Shown: one piece after another, positions 10,887 to 20,289 of the stretch
Position numbering within the stretch: the stretch's first letter is position 1
Layout of the letters: every line of letters starts with the position of its first letter
Assembly (NCBI GenBank): GCA_963827475.1
Contig: CAWHAZ010000002.1
Location: 32,001 to 96,000 of the forward strand
DNA: 64,000 nt
From: an uncultured Chloroflexia bacterium
GTDB lineage: Bacteria > Chloroflexota > Limnocylindria > QHBO01
Reading direction: 5' to 3'
The notes under the pieces: generated by a model
Told to the model about the DNA's origin: nothing
Databases searched by the model: none
What the model saw: the letters and a program-made list of their open reading frames with translations, nothing else
Translations under genes and position numbers: made by a program

Positions 10887-11295
10887 GCCGCCGGGCGTGC
10901 TCCCGGAAGTAGGTCGCCACCTGCCCGATGGTCGTGCCCGGCCCGAAGACCTCCGCCACCCCGGCGGCCTTGAGCTTGGCGACGTCGGCGTCCGGGATGA
11001 TCCCGCCGGCCGCCACCAGGACGTCGTCCAGCCCCTTGGCCCGCACCAGCTCCACGATCCGCGGCAGCAGGGTCATGTGGGCGCCGGACAGGATCGAGAG
11101 GCCGACGACGTCCACGTCCTCCTGCTCCGCCGCGTCGGCGACCATCTCAGGCGTCTGGCGGAGCCCGGTGTAGATGACCTCGAACCCCTCGTCGCGCAGG
11201 CCGCGGGCGAGCACCTTGGCCCCGCGGTCGTGGCCGTCCAGGCCCGGCTTGGCCAGCAGGACGCGGATCGGCCGGGCGGAGGCGTCGGCGGTCAT
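10879..11295 (-). CDS. Cobalamin-binding small subunit of an acyl-CoA mutase
   Basis: [12 protein letters not shown] (DxHxxG), [19 protein letters not shown]. Confidence 0.95.
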   Translation of the reverse strand: MTADASARPIRVLLAKPGLDGHDRGAKVLARGLRDEGFEVIYTGLRQTPEMVADAAEQEDVDVVGLSILSGAHMTLLPRIVELVRAKGLDDVLVAAGGIIPDADVAKLKAAGVAEVFGPGTTIGQVATYFREHARRRA

Positions 11296-11328
11296 CGGCA
11301 GCGCGCAGCGGTCATCGGCGCCGCGATT

Positions 11329-11634
11329 CTAGTCCGGCCACTCGTCCGGAACGAGCCCGTCGATGGCGCCCGCCATGTCTCGGTCGCGGAACGTGAGGCC
11401 GCCGGCGGCCTTGGTGGTGAGCCTGAACGTGACCCGCCGCCAGCGGATGTCGATGTCGGGGTGGTGATCGGCCGCCTCGGCGGCATCGGCCACCCGGTTC
11501 ACGAGTCGGATGGCGTCCATGAACGTGGGGCACCGGATCTCCCGAACCAGCTCCGCCCCCTCGCGGTGCCAGGCCGGTCGCTCCCCGAGTGCGGCGTCGA
11601 TCTCCGCCTCGGCCAGGAGCGGGGCGTACGGCAT
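11329..11634 (-). CDS. phhB: Pterin-4-alpha-carbinolamine dehydratase
   Basis: AEAADHHPDI and GGLTFRD motifs, about 100 aa. Confidence 0.88.
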   Translation of the reverse strand: MPYAPLLAEAEIDAALGERPAWHREGAELVREIRCPTFMDAIRLVNRVADAAEAADHHPDIDIRWRRVTFRLTTKAAGGLTFRDRDMAGAIDGLVPDEWPD

Positions 11635-11638
11635 CGGT

Positions 11639-12220
11639 CTAGGTCTCGAAGGAGCGACCGATGAAGGCCAGGAACTCGGCGCGGGTCTTGGGATCGCGAC
11701 GGAACGTGCCGAGCATGGCGGAGGTGACCATCTGGGCGCCCGGTCGCCGCACGCCGCGCATGGCGGTACAGAGGTGGGTCGTCTGGAGGACGACGCCCAC
11801 GCCCTTTGGCTCCAGCCGGGTCATGAGGAAGTCGGCGATCTGCTGGGTCATCCGTTCCTGGACCTGCAACCGATGAGCGAACAGGTCGACCACCCGCGGG
11901 ATCTTCGACAGACCGATGACCTTGCCCCGCGGCAGGTATCCGACGTGCGCGTGGCCGAAGAACGGGACGAGGTGGTGCTCGCACAACGAGTAGAGCTCGA
12001 TGTCCCGCACGACGACCATCTCGTCGTATTCGACGTCGAACTGGGCGCCCTCCAGGATCGTGTCGGGGTCGACCCGGTAGCCGTCGGTGATCTGCTCGAA
12101 CATGCGCCGTACGCGAGCGGGAGTGGCCTCCAGCCCCTGGCGGTCGGGGTCCTCCCCAATGCCCTCCAGGATGGTGCGGACGGCCGCCTCGAACTGGCCC
12201 GGGTCCGGTTGGTCGCTCAT
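11639..12220 (-). CDS. folE: GTP cyclohydrolase I
   Basis: SLCEHHLVPFFG, GLSKIPR, RLQVQERMT, HLCTAMRG. Confidence 0.97.
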   Translation of the reverse strand: MSDQPDPGQFEAAVRTILEGIGEDPDRQGLEATPARVRRMFEQITDGYRVDPDTILEGAQFDVEYDEMVVVRDIELYSLCEHHLVPFFGHAHVGYLPRGKVIGLSKIPRVVDLFAHRLQVQERMTQQIADFLMTRLEPKGVGVVLQTTHLCTAMRGVRRPGAQMVTSAMLGTFRRDPKTRAEFLAFIGRSFET

Positions 12221-12231
12221 TGCCGCCGATG

Positions 12232-14541
12232 CTAGCAGCGCGCCGTGGCCGGCTCGTTCACGCGGTTCCGTCGATCACGGAACCGCGGCCACGCCACCCA
12301 TCCGATGCCGAAGGCCAGCGCGCCGACGCCAACGAGCGCACCGAGCCCGACCTCACGGGGGACGAGGGCAGCCTCGATCTCGTGCCTGCCCGCCGGAACC
12401 CGGACGATCTGCGACCCCCACGTCTCGTGGACGGTGACGGGCTGACCGTCCACGGTGACCTCCCAGCTAGGCCACCATGCCCGATCGATCAGGAACCAGC
12501 CCTCCGCCGGGGCGTCGATCGTCCAGTGGTCTCGGAGGGGCGACGATTCGGACCGCGTCGCCGGCACGGCGTCCTCGACGGCCTCGGCCAGGTCGAGGCG
12601 CACGCTGGGGAGCTCCCCGTCACCGTCGACGACCCCGGCGGCGGAGGAGGGCAGCCAGTACGGGGTGACGGCCGGGTCATCGGCCCGGCAGACGTATGCA
12701 TCGTTGTCCTCGACGTAGCTGGCTGGGCGGCCGTCGCACTCCTCGCCAAACCTCACCAGGACGTCGATCCCGAGCGCCCGGCGAAGAACCCCGTCTGGGT
12801 CGTTCCGCCGGAGGTTGATCACGGCCTGGTTCACGTGGCCAAGGTTGAGCGAGCTGAACATCTCGATGTCAGGAATGCCCGCCGCGGCGAGCCGGTTCGG
12901 GAAGGCGTCGCCTCCGGCGGGCCGGTCGATGGTCAGCACCCGATGCGGATGCTCCGCGGCAATCGCGACGGCGATCGGGGAATCCGCGAACGAGAAGGCG
13001 TCCTCGCCGCGGACCAGGTTCGCGGCAGGCATGAACAGGGCCAGGGGAGCCACGGCCAGCGCGACGGCGCCGATCACGGTGATCACGGATCGCGGGCGGA
13101 CGAGGAGCACCGCGGTGGCGAATCCGAGGGCGAGCTCCGCGACGAAGGGCCACGGGCTGACCAGTGCCTGGCGAGCGAGGCCGAGCGCAGCCGCGAGGGT
13201 TTCCTCGGTGGGCTCGTTCGAGGCGAAGGCATGGAGGGCGATGAAGATCGGTGGCGCGATGAACACCACCGCGGTCAAGAGCATGTAGGCGACGATCGGG
13301 ATCGTCATCGCCGCCAGCCCCCACACCACGCCCTTCGGGGTGCGACCCAGGCGGGAGACCCCGACCGCCGCCAGGATCGCCACCGCCAGGGAGAGGACGA
13401 GGTACGCACGGACCGGCGCGCGCAGCCCGTTGACGATGGGAATGTCCGTCCAGACGTCCGGCCGGAAGGCGGCGACGATCGCGACCAGGGCCGCGACCAC
13501 CGCGAGCCACAGCCAGCGACGGGCCCGGCGCGCCGGAACGGACAGCCCAGCCAGGGCGAGGACCGGGAGGCCGAGGTAGATCCCCGCCTCGAGGATCGGG
13601 AACCGGCCGTCCGGGAACCACGAGGTTCCGTAGTCCCACCCATCGGGCGTGGAGCGGAGGAACGTGTTCACGAATCCGACACTGACGAGGTCGAACGGCG
13701 TGGCCGTGTTGGTGAACAGGTCCTGAGCGTCAAGGCCCTCGGCGCGACCCGACAGCCGGCGGATCATCTCGGTCGGGATGAGCTGGAGCGCTCCGACCCC
13801 GACTCCGATCACGCCGAACACCACGACTCGACCCAGCGAGGCGAGCAACGGCCGCCTGACCAGCAGGAACGCGGCTGCTGCCCCGGTCAGGAGCCACGTG
13901 TTCGGGTGCCCGGTCAGCGCCTGCACCCCCCACAGGACGCCGGCGATGGCCACCTCCGCGCGGCGCGGCGCCCGACGCCCCACGAGCGGCAGGAGGACCC
14001 ACGGCATCCAGGCGTATGCCGCCACCACGTTCCACCATTCCAGCTTGGTGACGATGGCGCCGCTCATGACCACGATCAGTGCCGCCAACAGGGCGCCATA
14101 CCGCGAGCCCGACACGCGCAGGCCAATGAGGCCGGCGCCGACGCCGGCGAAGGTGAGATGACCAAGGCGCACCAGGTCGAGGGCGAGAAGCGGCTCGACC
14201 TGGAACGCGACCCAGTGCGGCGGGTAGAAGGCCCCGATCTGTCCCTCGGCGTACAGCGGGAAGCCGAGGCCCAGGTTGGCCTCCCACAGCGGCAGACGGC
14301 CGGCCGTCAGGGCCTCGTGGTAGAACAGCGCCATGGGGTAATGGATCTTCGGCAGGTCGAGGTTCCAGAGCCACCCGTCGGCGCCGAAGGTGATCCGGGC
14401 CGAGATCATCGCGCCCGCCGCGCTGACCGCGGCCAGCACCAGCACGATGAGGATGTCCGACCCATGCCGAGAAGCCCACGAGGCGGTGGATACGGGCGAC
14501 GCCTTCGATTGTGCGGAGCGGTTCACCCGGCGGTCGGACAC
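12232..14541 (-). CDS. YfhO-like multi-pass membrane protein (putative GT-C glycosyltransferase)
   Basis: D..IHYP...LPLWEANLGLGFPLYAEGQIGAFYP, many TM helices and a C-terminal WWPSWEVTVDG...VRVPAGRHEI. Start placed at an in-frame GTG (14541) to avoid overlap with the divergent gene. Confidence 0.78.
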   Translation of the reverse strand: MSDRRVNRSAQSKASPVSTASWASRHGSDILIVLVLAAVSAAGAMISARITFGADGWLWNLDLPKIHYPMALFYHEALTAGRLPLWEANLGLGFPLYAEGQIGAFYPPHWVAFQVEPLLALDLVRLGHLTFAGVGAGLIGLRVSGSRYGALLAALIVVMSGAIVTKLEWWNVVAAYAWMPWVLLPLVGRRAPRRAEVAIAGVLWGVQALTGHPNTWLLTGAAAAFLLVRRPLLASLGRVVVFGVIGVGVGALQLIPTEMIRRLSGRAEGLDAQDLFTNTATPFDLVSVGFVNTFLRSTPDGWDYGTSWFPDGRFPILEAGIYLGLPVLALAGLSVPARRARRWLWLAVVAALVAIVAAFRPDVWTDIPIVNGLRAPVRAYLVLSLAVAILAAVGVSRLGRTPKGVVWGLAAMTIPIVAYMLLTAVVFIAPPIFIALHAFASNEPTEETLAAALGLARQALVSPWPFVAELALGFATAVLLVRPRSVITVIGAVALAVAPLALFMPAANLVRGEDAFSFADSPIAVAIAAEHPHRVLTIDRPAGGDAFPNRLAAAGIPDIEMFSSLNLGHVNQAVINLRRNDPDGVLRRALGIDVLVRFGEECDGRPASYVEDNDAYVCRADDPAVTPYWLPSSAAGVVDGDGELPSVRLDLAEAVEDAVPATRSESSPLRDHWTIDAPAEGWFLIDRAWWPSWEVTVDGQPVTVHETWGSQIVRVPAGRHEIEAALVPREVGLGALVGVGALAFGIGWVAWPRFRDRRNRVNEPATARC

Positions 14542-14581
14542 ATCGGTCTTCCTATCATCGTTCCGCAATCCCCGTGAGCGC

Positions 14582-16606
14582 GTGACCTTTCGGAATCCTG
14601 TAGCTCGATTCGTGGTGGTGGCTGCCGTGCTCGGCGCCGGCTTGGCCGCGGCCTGGTTCTGGCCGCCACTGGCGGTGGCCACCGTGTGGCCGCTGTTCCT
14701 CGTCGTGCCCGGCTGGGCGCTGGTGGCGTGGGGCACCCGCGCGGGAGCGCGGATCTCCTCGACCGGGCGGGCGGGGCTGGCGATCGTGCTGTCGGTGGCC
14801 GTCTCCGCCCACCTCGTGTGGTGGCTGGCGACCGTGTTCGGCGGCTATGGAAGGGAGGTCGTCTTCGCAGCCGCCGCCATCCTCGCGCTGCCCCTCCCGC
14901 TTGCGGTGGCGCGGCGGACGGGCCCAGCGGGCGGTGTCCTCGCGGCGTGGAGCTCGGTTGTCAGGGCCGTGCGGCGGCGGCCGGGCGCCTTTGCGCTGGC
15001 CCTGGGGGCCGTGGTCTGGGTCGGGGCGGTCCTCGTCCTCGGGCTGTGGCGGGTAGAGGAGACGGGGGTCTACGTCGGCGGCTCGAACTGGAGCGACATC
15101 GGCGTCCACCTGTCCATCGCGCAGTCGGTGAACGCGGGCAACTTCCCGCCGCAGGTGCCGTTCTACGCGGGCGAGCCCCTCGTGTACCACTGGTTCGCGG
15201 ACTTCCACGCAGCAATCCTGGCGGAGGCGGCCGGGCTGTTCGCGATCCCGGTCTTCATCGTCCATTCCGCCATCCTGGCGGGAGCCCTCGCCCTCGTCGT
15301 CCACGGTCTCGCCCTGTCCCTGTTCCGCGACCGATGGGCGGGCCGCGCGGCGTGGCTGGCGGTGTTTCTGGTGATCCTCGGCGGCGGGCTGGGCTGGATC
15401 CGGCTGGTCGGCGACCTGGCCAATGGCCTGGGCGGGGCGTGGGACCTGCTGCTCATCCACGCCTACGACAACGAGTGGCTGTCGGAATGGCCGTACTTCT
15501 CCATCCCCTCGGTCATGACCACCGGGCTCCTCGTCCACCGGGCCACGACCGCCGGCCTGCCGCTGCTGGTCGGCGCCGTGCTGCTGGCGGCGGCCGGCAT
15601 CCCGGCCGCCCGCCGCGCCGGGGCCGGGTCGCGGGACCGTCCCCGCCTCGTCGCCCTCTCGGGACTCGCCGGCGCCCTCCTTGCGCCGTTCCACTTCTTC
15701 TTCTTCCCGATCGTCCCACTCCTCGTCCTGGCCTGGGTCGCGCTCGGCCGCCGGCTGTTCACCCGCGCCGCCGCCCGACTCGCGCTCCTGTTCGCCGCGC
15801 CGTACCTGCTCGCGCTTCCCTTCGCGCTGGCTGCCGTCGGACAGGCCACGAATTCGGGATGGCTGCGGCCGGTGATCGCCTGGCAGACCGCGCCGGTGGC
15901 CGATGGGCCGCTGGCCGTCCTGTTCTTCTACCTCACCAACCTCGGCCTGCCGTTCATCCTCGCCATCGCGGCCCTGGTCCTGGTTCGGACGCCGGCGCGA
16001 GCGTTCCTCGCGGCCTGGATCGCGATCCTGTTCCTCATCCCGAACGTGGTCCAGGTCAGCTACGTGTCGTTCGACATGAACAAGTACTTCCAGGCGATGT
16101 GGATCGCGGTCGGCATTGCCGCCGGGACGCTGCTCGCCCGCTGGCCGGCGCCAATCGTCGTGCTGGTGGTGGCGGTCAGCGCCGTGTCTCCCGTCCTGTC
16201 ATCGGTCCATCACGCCTTCTCGCGCAACTTCCTGATGCGGACCGATGAGCTGGTCGCGGCGGAGTGGATCGCCGACCACACACCGCAGAGCTCGGTCTTC
16301 GTCACCGACGAGTGGATCATCTCGCCGACGGACCCGGCCGGGCGGCTCAGGCTCATGAGCTTTGCCCCGTACGTCGCCAACCTGGGCTACGACCCTTCCG
16401 CCCGACAGGCGCTCATCGCCGAGATCCGGTGTGGCGGGGACGCGGAGCGCTCGGCGCGGCTCATGGAGGAGCTGGGCGCGACGTACGTCTTCCCGACTGG
16501 CGGCGGAGGCTGCGCAGCGCCGGTCGATTTCGCCGGCAGCCCGCTCTTCGAGGCGGCGTACCGCGAGGGGAGCGTCGTGATCTACCGCCTATCATCGGCT
16601 CCATGA
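14582..16606 (+). CDS. Multi-pass membrane protein, putative GT-C-fold glycosyltransferase
   Basis: NWSDIGVHLSIAQS..GNFPPQVPFYAGEPLVYHW loop, more than 12 TM segments, C-terminal DELVAAEWI; start estimated at in-frame GTG 14582. Confidence 0.68.
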   Translation: MTFRNPVARFVVVAAVLGAGLAAAWFWPPLAVATVWPLFLVVPGWALVAWGTRAGARISSTGRAGLAIVLSVAVSAHLVWWLATVFGGYGREVVFAAAAILALPLPLAVARRTGPAGGVLAAWSSVVRAVRRRPGAFALALGAVVWVGAVLVLGLWRVEETGVYVGGSNWSDIGVHLSIAQSVNAGNFPPQVPFYAGEPLVYHWFADFHAAILAEAAGLFAIPVFIVHSAILAGALALVVHGLALSLFRDRWAGRAAWLAVFLVILGGGLGWIRLVGDLANGLGGAWDLLLIHAYDNEWLSEWPYFSIPSVMTTGLLVHRATTAGLPLLVGAVLLAAAGIPAARRAGAGSRDRPRLVALSGLAGALLAPFHFFFFPIVPLLVLAWVALGRRLFTRAAARLALLFAAPYLLALPFALAAVGQATNSGWLRPVIAWQTAPVADGPLAVLFFYLTNLGLPFILAIAALVLVRTPARAFLAAWIAILFLIPNVVQVSYVSFDMNKYFQAMWIAVGIAAGTLLARWPAPIVVLVVAVSAVSPVLSSVHHAFSRNFLMRTDELVAAEWIADHTPQSSVFVTDEWIISPTDPAGRLRLMSFAPYVANLGYDPSARQALIAEIRCGGDAERSARLMEELGATYVFPTGGGGCAAPVDFAGSPLFEAAYREGSVVIYRLSSAP

Positions 16607-17772
16607 CCGATCCGTCGCCCGCGGCGGCTCCCGCCGCCAGCGGCTCGGTGGTCGCTTTCGAGCACGTCACCAAGCGGTACGGCGACGGTCCGCCGGCCGT
16701 GACGGACCTGACCATGGAGATCGGCGCCGGGGAGGTCTGCGTGCTGGTCGGGCCGTCGGGCTGCGGCAAGACCACGACCATGAAGATGGTCAATCGGCTG
16801 GTAGAGCCGACGAGCGGCCGGGTCACCATCGACGGACAGGACGTGGCGAGCCTGCCGGCGGTCGAGCTGCGGCGCCGGATCGGGTACGTCATCCAGCAGG
16901 TCGGGCTGTTCCCCCATCTCACGGTCGCGGACAACGTGGCCGTCGTCCCCCGCCTGCTCGGATGGTCCGCGGCTCGGATCACCGAACGGGTGGAGGAGCT
17001 GCTCGAGCTGGTTGGCCTTGACGCGGCGACGCATCGCGGCCGCTATCCAGCAGCCCTCTCCGGCGGGGAGCGCCAACGGGTCGGGGTCGCGCGGGCGATG
17101 GCCGCCGACCCGACCGTGTTGCTCATGGACGAGCCGTTCGGGGCCGTGGACCCCATTCGCCGGGAGCGGCTGCAGAACGACCTCCTCCGTCTCCAGGCGC
17201 GGCTGCGCAGGACCATCGTGTTCGTGACTCACGACGTGGACGAGGCGATCAAGATGGCCGACCGCATCGCGATCCTCCAGGTCGGCGGGGTCCTCGCCCA
17301 GTACGACGCGCCGAACCGGTTGCTCGCCGCACCCGCCAGCGAGTTCGTCGAGCGGTTCGTGGGCGCCGACCGCGGGCTCAAACGCCTCTCCCTGGCCCGG
17401 GTCCGTGACCTCGAACTTTCGACGCCGGTCACCGCGACCGTCGGCGAGCCACGAGGCGCGGTGCGCGCGAGGATGACCGATGACGCCGGCTGGGTCCTGG
17501 TCACCGATGCCGACCGGCGGCCGCTGGGCTGGGCGGAGGCCTCGGCGCTGGCGGGCGACGGCGCGGTCACCGCCGACATGGCCGTCCCCGGTTCCGCGCT
17601 TCTCCAGCCGGAGTCGACCCTGCGCGACGCGCTGTCGGCGATGCTCGCGTCGTCCGCCCAGGTCGGGGTCGTGGTCGATGAGCGAGACGAGCTGCTGGGC
17701 GTCGTCAGCGTGTCGGCCATCTCGGCCACGCTCCAGGACGGCGCCGGCCCGGCGCTGGAGGATCGCGCGTGA
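16603..17772 (+). CDS. Osmoprotectant (glycine betaine/choline) ABC transporter ATP-binding protein with CBS-like C-terminus
   Basis: GPSGCGKTT, IGYVIQQVGLFPH, LSGGERQRVGVARA, MDEPFGAVDP; ATG 16603 overlaps the upstream stop. Confidence 0.93.
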   Translation: MTDPSPAAAPAASGSVVAFEHVTKRYGDGPPAVTDLTMEIGAGEVCVLVGPSGCGKTTTMKMVNRLVEPTSGRVTIDGQDVASLPAVELRRRIGYVIQQVGLFPHLTVADNVAVVPRLLGWSAARITERVEELLELVGLDAATHRGRYPAALSGGERQRVGVARAMAADPTVLLMDEPFGAVDPIRRERLQNDLLRLQARLRRTIVFVTHDVDEAIKMADRIAILQVGGVLAQYDAPNRLLAAPASEFVERFVGADRGLKRLSLARVRDLELSTPVTATVGEPRGAVRARMTDDAGWVLVTDADRRPLGWAEASALAGDGAVTADMAVPGSALLQPESTLRDALSAMLASSAQVGVVVDERDELLGVVSVSAISATLQDGAGPALEDRA

Positions 17773-18437
17773 ACGACGAGCAGCCGTTCTTCCGGATCGA
17801 CTGGATCATCGACAACGCCGACGTGCTGGCCCAGGCCACCGTCGAGCACATCGCGCTCACCCTCATCGCGGTCGTTGGCGGGGTGCTGATCGCGTTCCCG
17901 GTCACGATCTTCATCCAGCGCCGGCGCCGGCTCATCGGTCCGGTCCTCGGCTTCACGGGGATCCTGTACGCCATCCCCAGCCTCGCCCTGTTCGCGGTCC
18001 TGATCCCGTTCACCGGCATCGGCCTGCTGACCGCGGAGATCGCGCTGATCAGCTACACGTTGCTGATCCTCATCCGGAACGGCGTGGCCGGCCTGGACGG
18101 CGTCGAGCCCGAGGTGGTGGAGGCTGCGACCGGGATGGGATTCAGCCGCCGGCAGCGCCTGTGGCGGGTCGAGATCCCGCTGGCCACGCCGGTGATGATC
18201 GCCGGCCTGCGGATCGCGGTGGTCACCACCATCGGCCTGGTGGCGGTGACCGCCCTCATCGGCCAGGGCGGACTTGGGTTCGTGATCATCACCCTGGGCA
18301 TCCGTCGCGCCTTCGAGACCGCGATTCTGGTCGGCGTGGCGCTGTCGGTCCTGCTCGCGGTGCTCGCCGACCGGGGCCTCGTCATCCTCGAACGGGCGCT
18401 GACCCCCTGGGCGCGCGCTCGGGCGAGGGCGGGCTGA
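17769..18437 (+). CDS. Osmoprotectant ABC transporter permease
   Basis: YAIPSLALF, EAATGMG...VEIPLA, GQGGLG. Confidence 0.92.
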   Translation: MNDEQPFFRIDWIIDNADVLAQATVEHIALTLIAVVGGVLIAFPVTIFIQRRRRLIGPVLGFTGILYAIPSLALFAVLIPFTGIGLLTAEIALISYTLLILIRNGVAGLDGVEPEVVEAATGMGFSRRQRLWRVEIPLATPVMIAGLRIAVVTTIGLVAVTALIGQGGLGFVIITLGIRRAFETAILVGVALSVLLAVLADRGLVILERALTPWARARARAG

Positions 18438-18440
18438 CCG

Positions 18441-19179
18441 ATGGAGATCTTCGGGGAGGTCATCGCCTGGCTCACCGATCCGGCGAACTGGACCGGTCCA
18501 AACGGGATCCCGACCCGAATGGAGGAGCACGTCCTGATGTCCGGCATCTCGCTCCTGATCGGGCTGGCCATCGCGCTGCCAGTCGGCCTGGCCATCGGTC
18601 ACACGGGCAGGTGGGCCGGCGGGGTGGTCGCCATCACCAACCTCGGCCGAGCGGTTCCCTCCGTCGGCATCCTCGGCATCGCCTTCACGCTCACGCTGCC
18701 GCTGGTCGCGGCGCTCGACCTGCGCAACATCGGGACGCCGGCGGCGGTGATCGCGCTCATTGCCCTTGCCATCCCGCCCATCGTGCTCAACGCCTACACC
18801 GGCATCCGCGACGTGGATCCGGACATGGTGGAGGCGGCCCGCGGCATGGGCATGCGCGAGCGACAGGTCCTCCGGCGCGTGGAGTGGCCGCTCGCCCTAC
18901 CCGTGATCCTGGCCGGTGTCCGGACCGCCTCGGTCCAGGTCATCGCCACCGCCACCCTGGGCGCCATCCTGTCGACGGGTGGGCTCGGCCGCTACATCGT
19001 CGACGGCTTCGCGCGGCAGGACTACCCGATGATGGTTGGCGGCGCGGTCCTGGTCATGATCCTCACCCTCACCAGCGAGGGACTGTTTCGCCCTCGCTCA
19101 GCGGTGGGCCGTCTCGCCGGGCCTCCGAGCCGCACGGGTGCCTCACGTTTCGGAACCGGCGCCAGGCTTCGGCCTCTAA
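18441..19179 (+). CDS. Osmoprotectant ABC transporter permease (frameshift near 19088)
   Basis: NLGRAVPS, EAARGMGM...VEWPLA, GGLGRYI; the natural C-terminus ALAQRWAVSPGLR...* ends at TAA 19177-19179. Confidence 0.88.
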
Positions 19180-19213
19180 CCAGCGTACCAGTTACGCTGG
19201 TAACTGCTAGACT
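19179..19213 (+). promoter_or_regulatory. Palindromic operator-like element next to an extended -10 (TGcTAGACT) upstream of the binding-protein gene
   Basis: ACCAGCGTA-5-TACGCTGGT at 19179-19201, CAGTTAC-4-GTAACTG at 19189-19206, TAGACT at 19208-19213. Confidence 0.5.
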
Positions 19214-19260
19214 CGTTCGGACGAGTCGCGCCCGCGGCTCCCAACCAGAGGAGGGACCCA

Positions 19261-20208
19261 ATGCGGAACCCCCGCATACTCGCTGCCGGGGCGGCTCTGG
19301 TGCTGCTGGTCAGCGCCTGTCAGCCGGGTGGCAGCGACAGCCCAAGCCCGAGTAGTCCGAGTTCCGGCGAACCTTCAACCGCCGCCGAACTCCCCACCGT
19401 AATCGTGGGGTCAGCCAACTTCGACGAATCGGCCATCGTGGCCGAGATGTACGCCCAGGTCCTCGAGGCCGAGGGGTTCACCGTCGAGCGCGAGCTGTTC
19501 CTGGGACCGCGCGAGACGACGCTTCCCGCCCTCGAGAGCGGCGAGCTGAACCTCATGCCGGAGTACCTTGGGGGACTGCTCAATGGTCTCGAAGGCACAC
19601 CAACCGCCGATTCGGCCGAGACCCACGAGGCATTGCTCACCGCCCTCGAGGAGCGCGGCCTGACCGCCTTCGAATACTCCCCCGGCGCGGACTCCGACGG
19701 TTGGGCCGTGCGGGCCGAGACCGCGGAGGAGTTTGGCCTCGAGACGGTCAGTGACCTCGCGGAGGTCGCCGACCAGCTGACCTGGGGCCTGCCCCCCGAG
19801 TGCGCGCCACGGCCGCAGTGCGGCGTCGGGCTGAATGACCTGTACGGGATCGACGTCAACACCCTGACCGTCGAGACCATCGACCCGTGCAGTCAAGGCA
19901 TGGTCGATGCCCTCGACCAGAGCGCCATCGAGGTGGGACGGGTGTGCACCACCCAGCCGCAGATCCAGCTGTACAACCTCGTCGTGCTGACCGATGACCA
20001 GGGCCTCGACCCGGCGCAGAACCTCGTGCCGGTGGCCACGGCGGACCTGGCGGAGGCCGGAGGCGACCTGCTGGCCTCCACGCTCAACGCGGTATCCGCC
20101 GAGCTGACGACCGCGGACCTCATCTCGCTGCAGGTTCTGGTCACCGTGGAACAGGGCGATCTCGAGGAGGTCGTGACCGAGTGGCTGGAGGACCACGGCC
20201 TGCTATAG
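19261..20208 (+). CDS. Osmoprotectant ABC transporter substrate-binding lipoprotein
   Basis: Lipobox LVSAC, VGSANFDESAIVAEMYAQ, PEYLG, ECxxRPxC; SD GAGGAGG. Confidence 0.92.
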   Translation: MRNPRILAAGAALVLLVSACQPGGSDSPSPSSPSSGEPSTAAELPTVIVGSANFDESAIVAEMYAQVLEAEGFTVERELFLGPRETTLPALESGELNLMPEYLGGLLNGLEGTPTADSAETHEALLTALEERGLTAFEYSPGADSDGWAVRAETAEEFGLETVSDLAEVADQLTWGLPPECAPRPQCGVGLNDLYGIDVNTLTVETIDPCSQGMVDALDQSAIEVGRVCTTQPQIQLYNLVVLTDDQGLDPAQNLVPVATADLAEAGGDLLASTLNAVSAELTTADLISLQVLVTVEQGDLEEVVTEWLEDHGLL

Positions 20209-20235
20209 GCCCGACTGCTCAGTCTCCAGACCGAT

Positions 20236-20269
20236 GGTGGCCGGCCGCGAGGCCGGCCACCGTATTCTT
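20236..20269 (+). terminator. Intrinsic terminator-like hairpin
   Basis: GGTGGCCGGCC-GCGA-GGCCGGCCACC (11-bp stem, GNRA loop) followed by GTATTCTT. Confidence 0.7.
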
Positions 20270-20289
20270 GGGTCGATGAGCCAGGCCCC

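Noticed and set aside
11296-11328. Cobalamin riboswitch near the B12-dependent genes
   Set aside because: The gaps before the small subunit (33 nt) and the large subunit (3 nt) are too short and show no B12-box.
12220-14577. 785-aa plus-strand ORF and many other long antisense ORFs (e.g. 25184..27181, 55842..58025)
   Set aside because: Shadow ORFs of GC-rich coding strands; no motifs, and they fully overlap well-supported genes.
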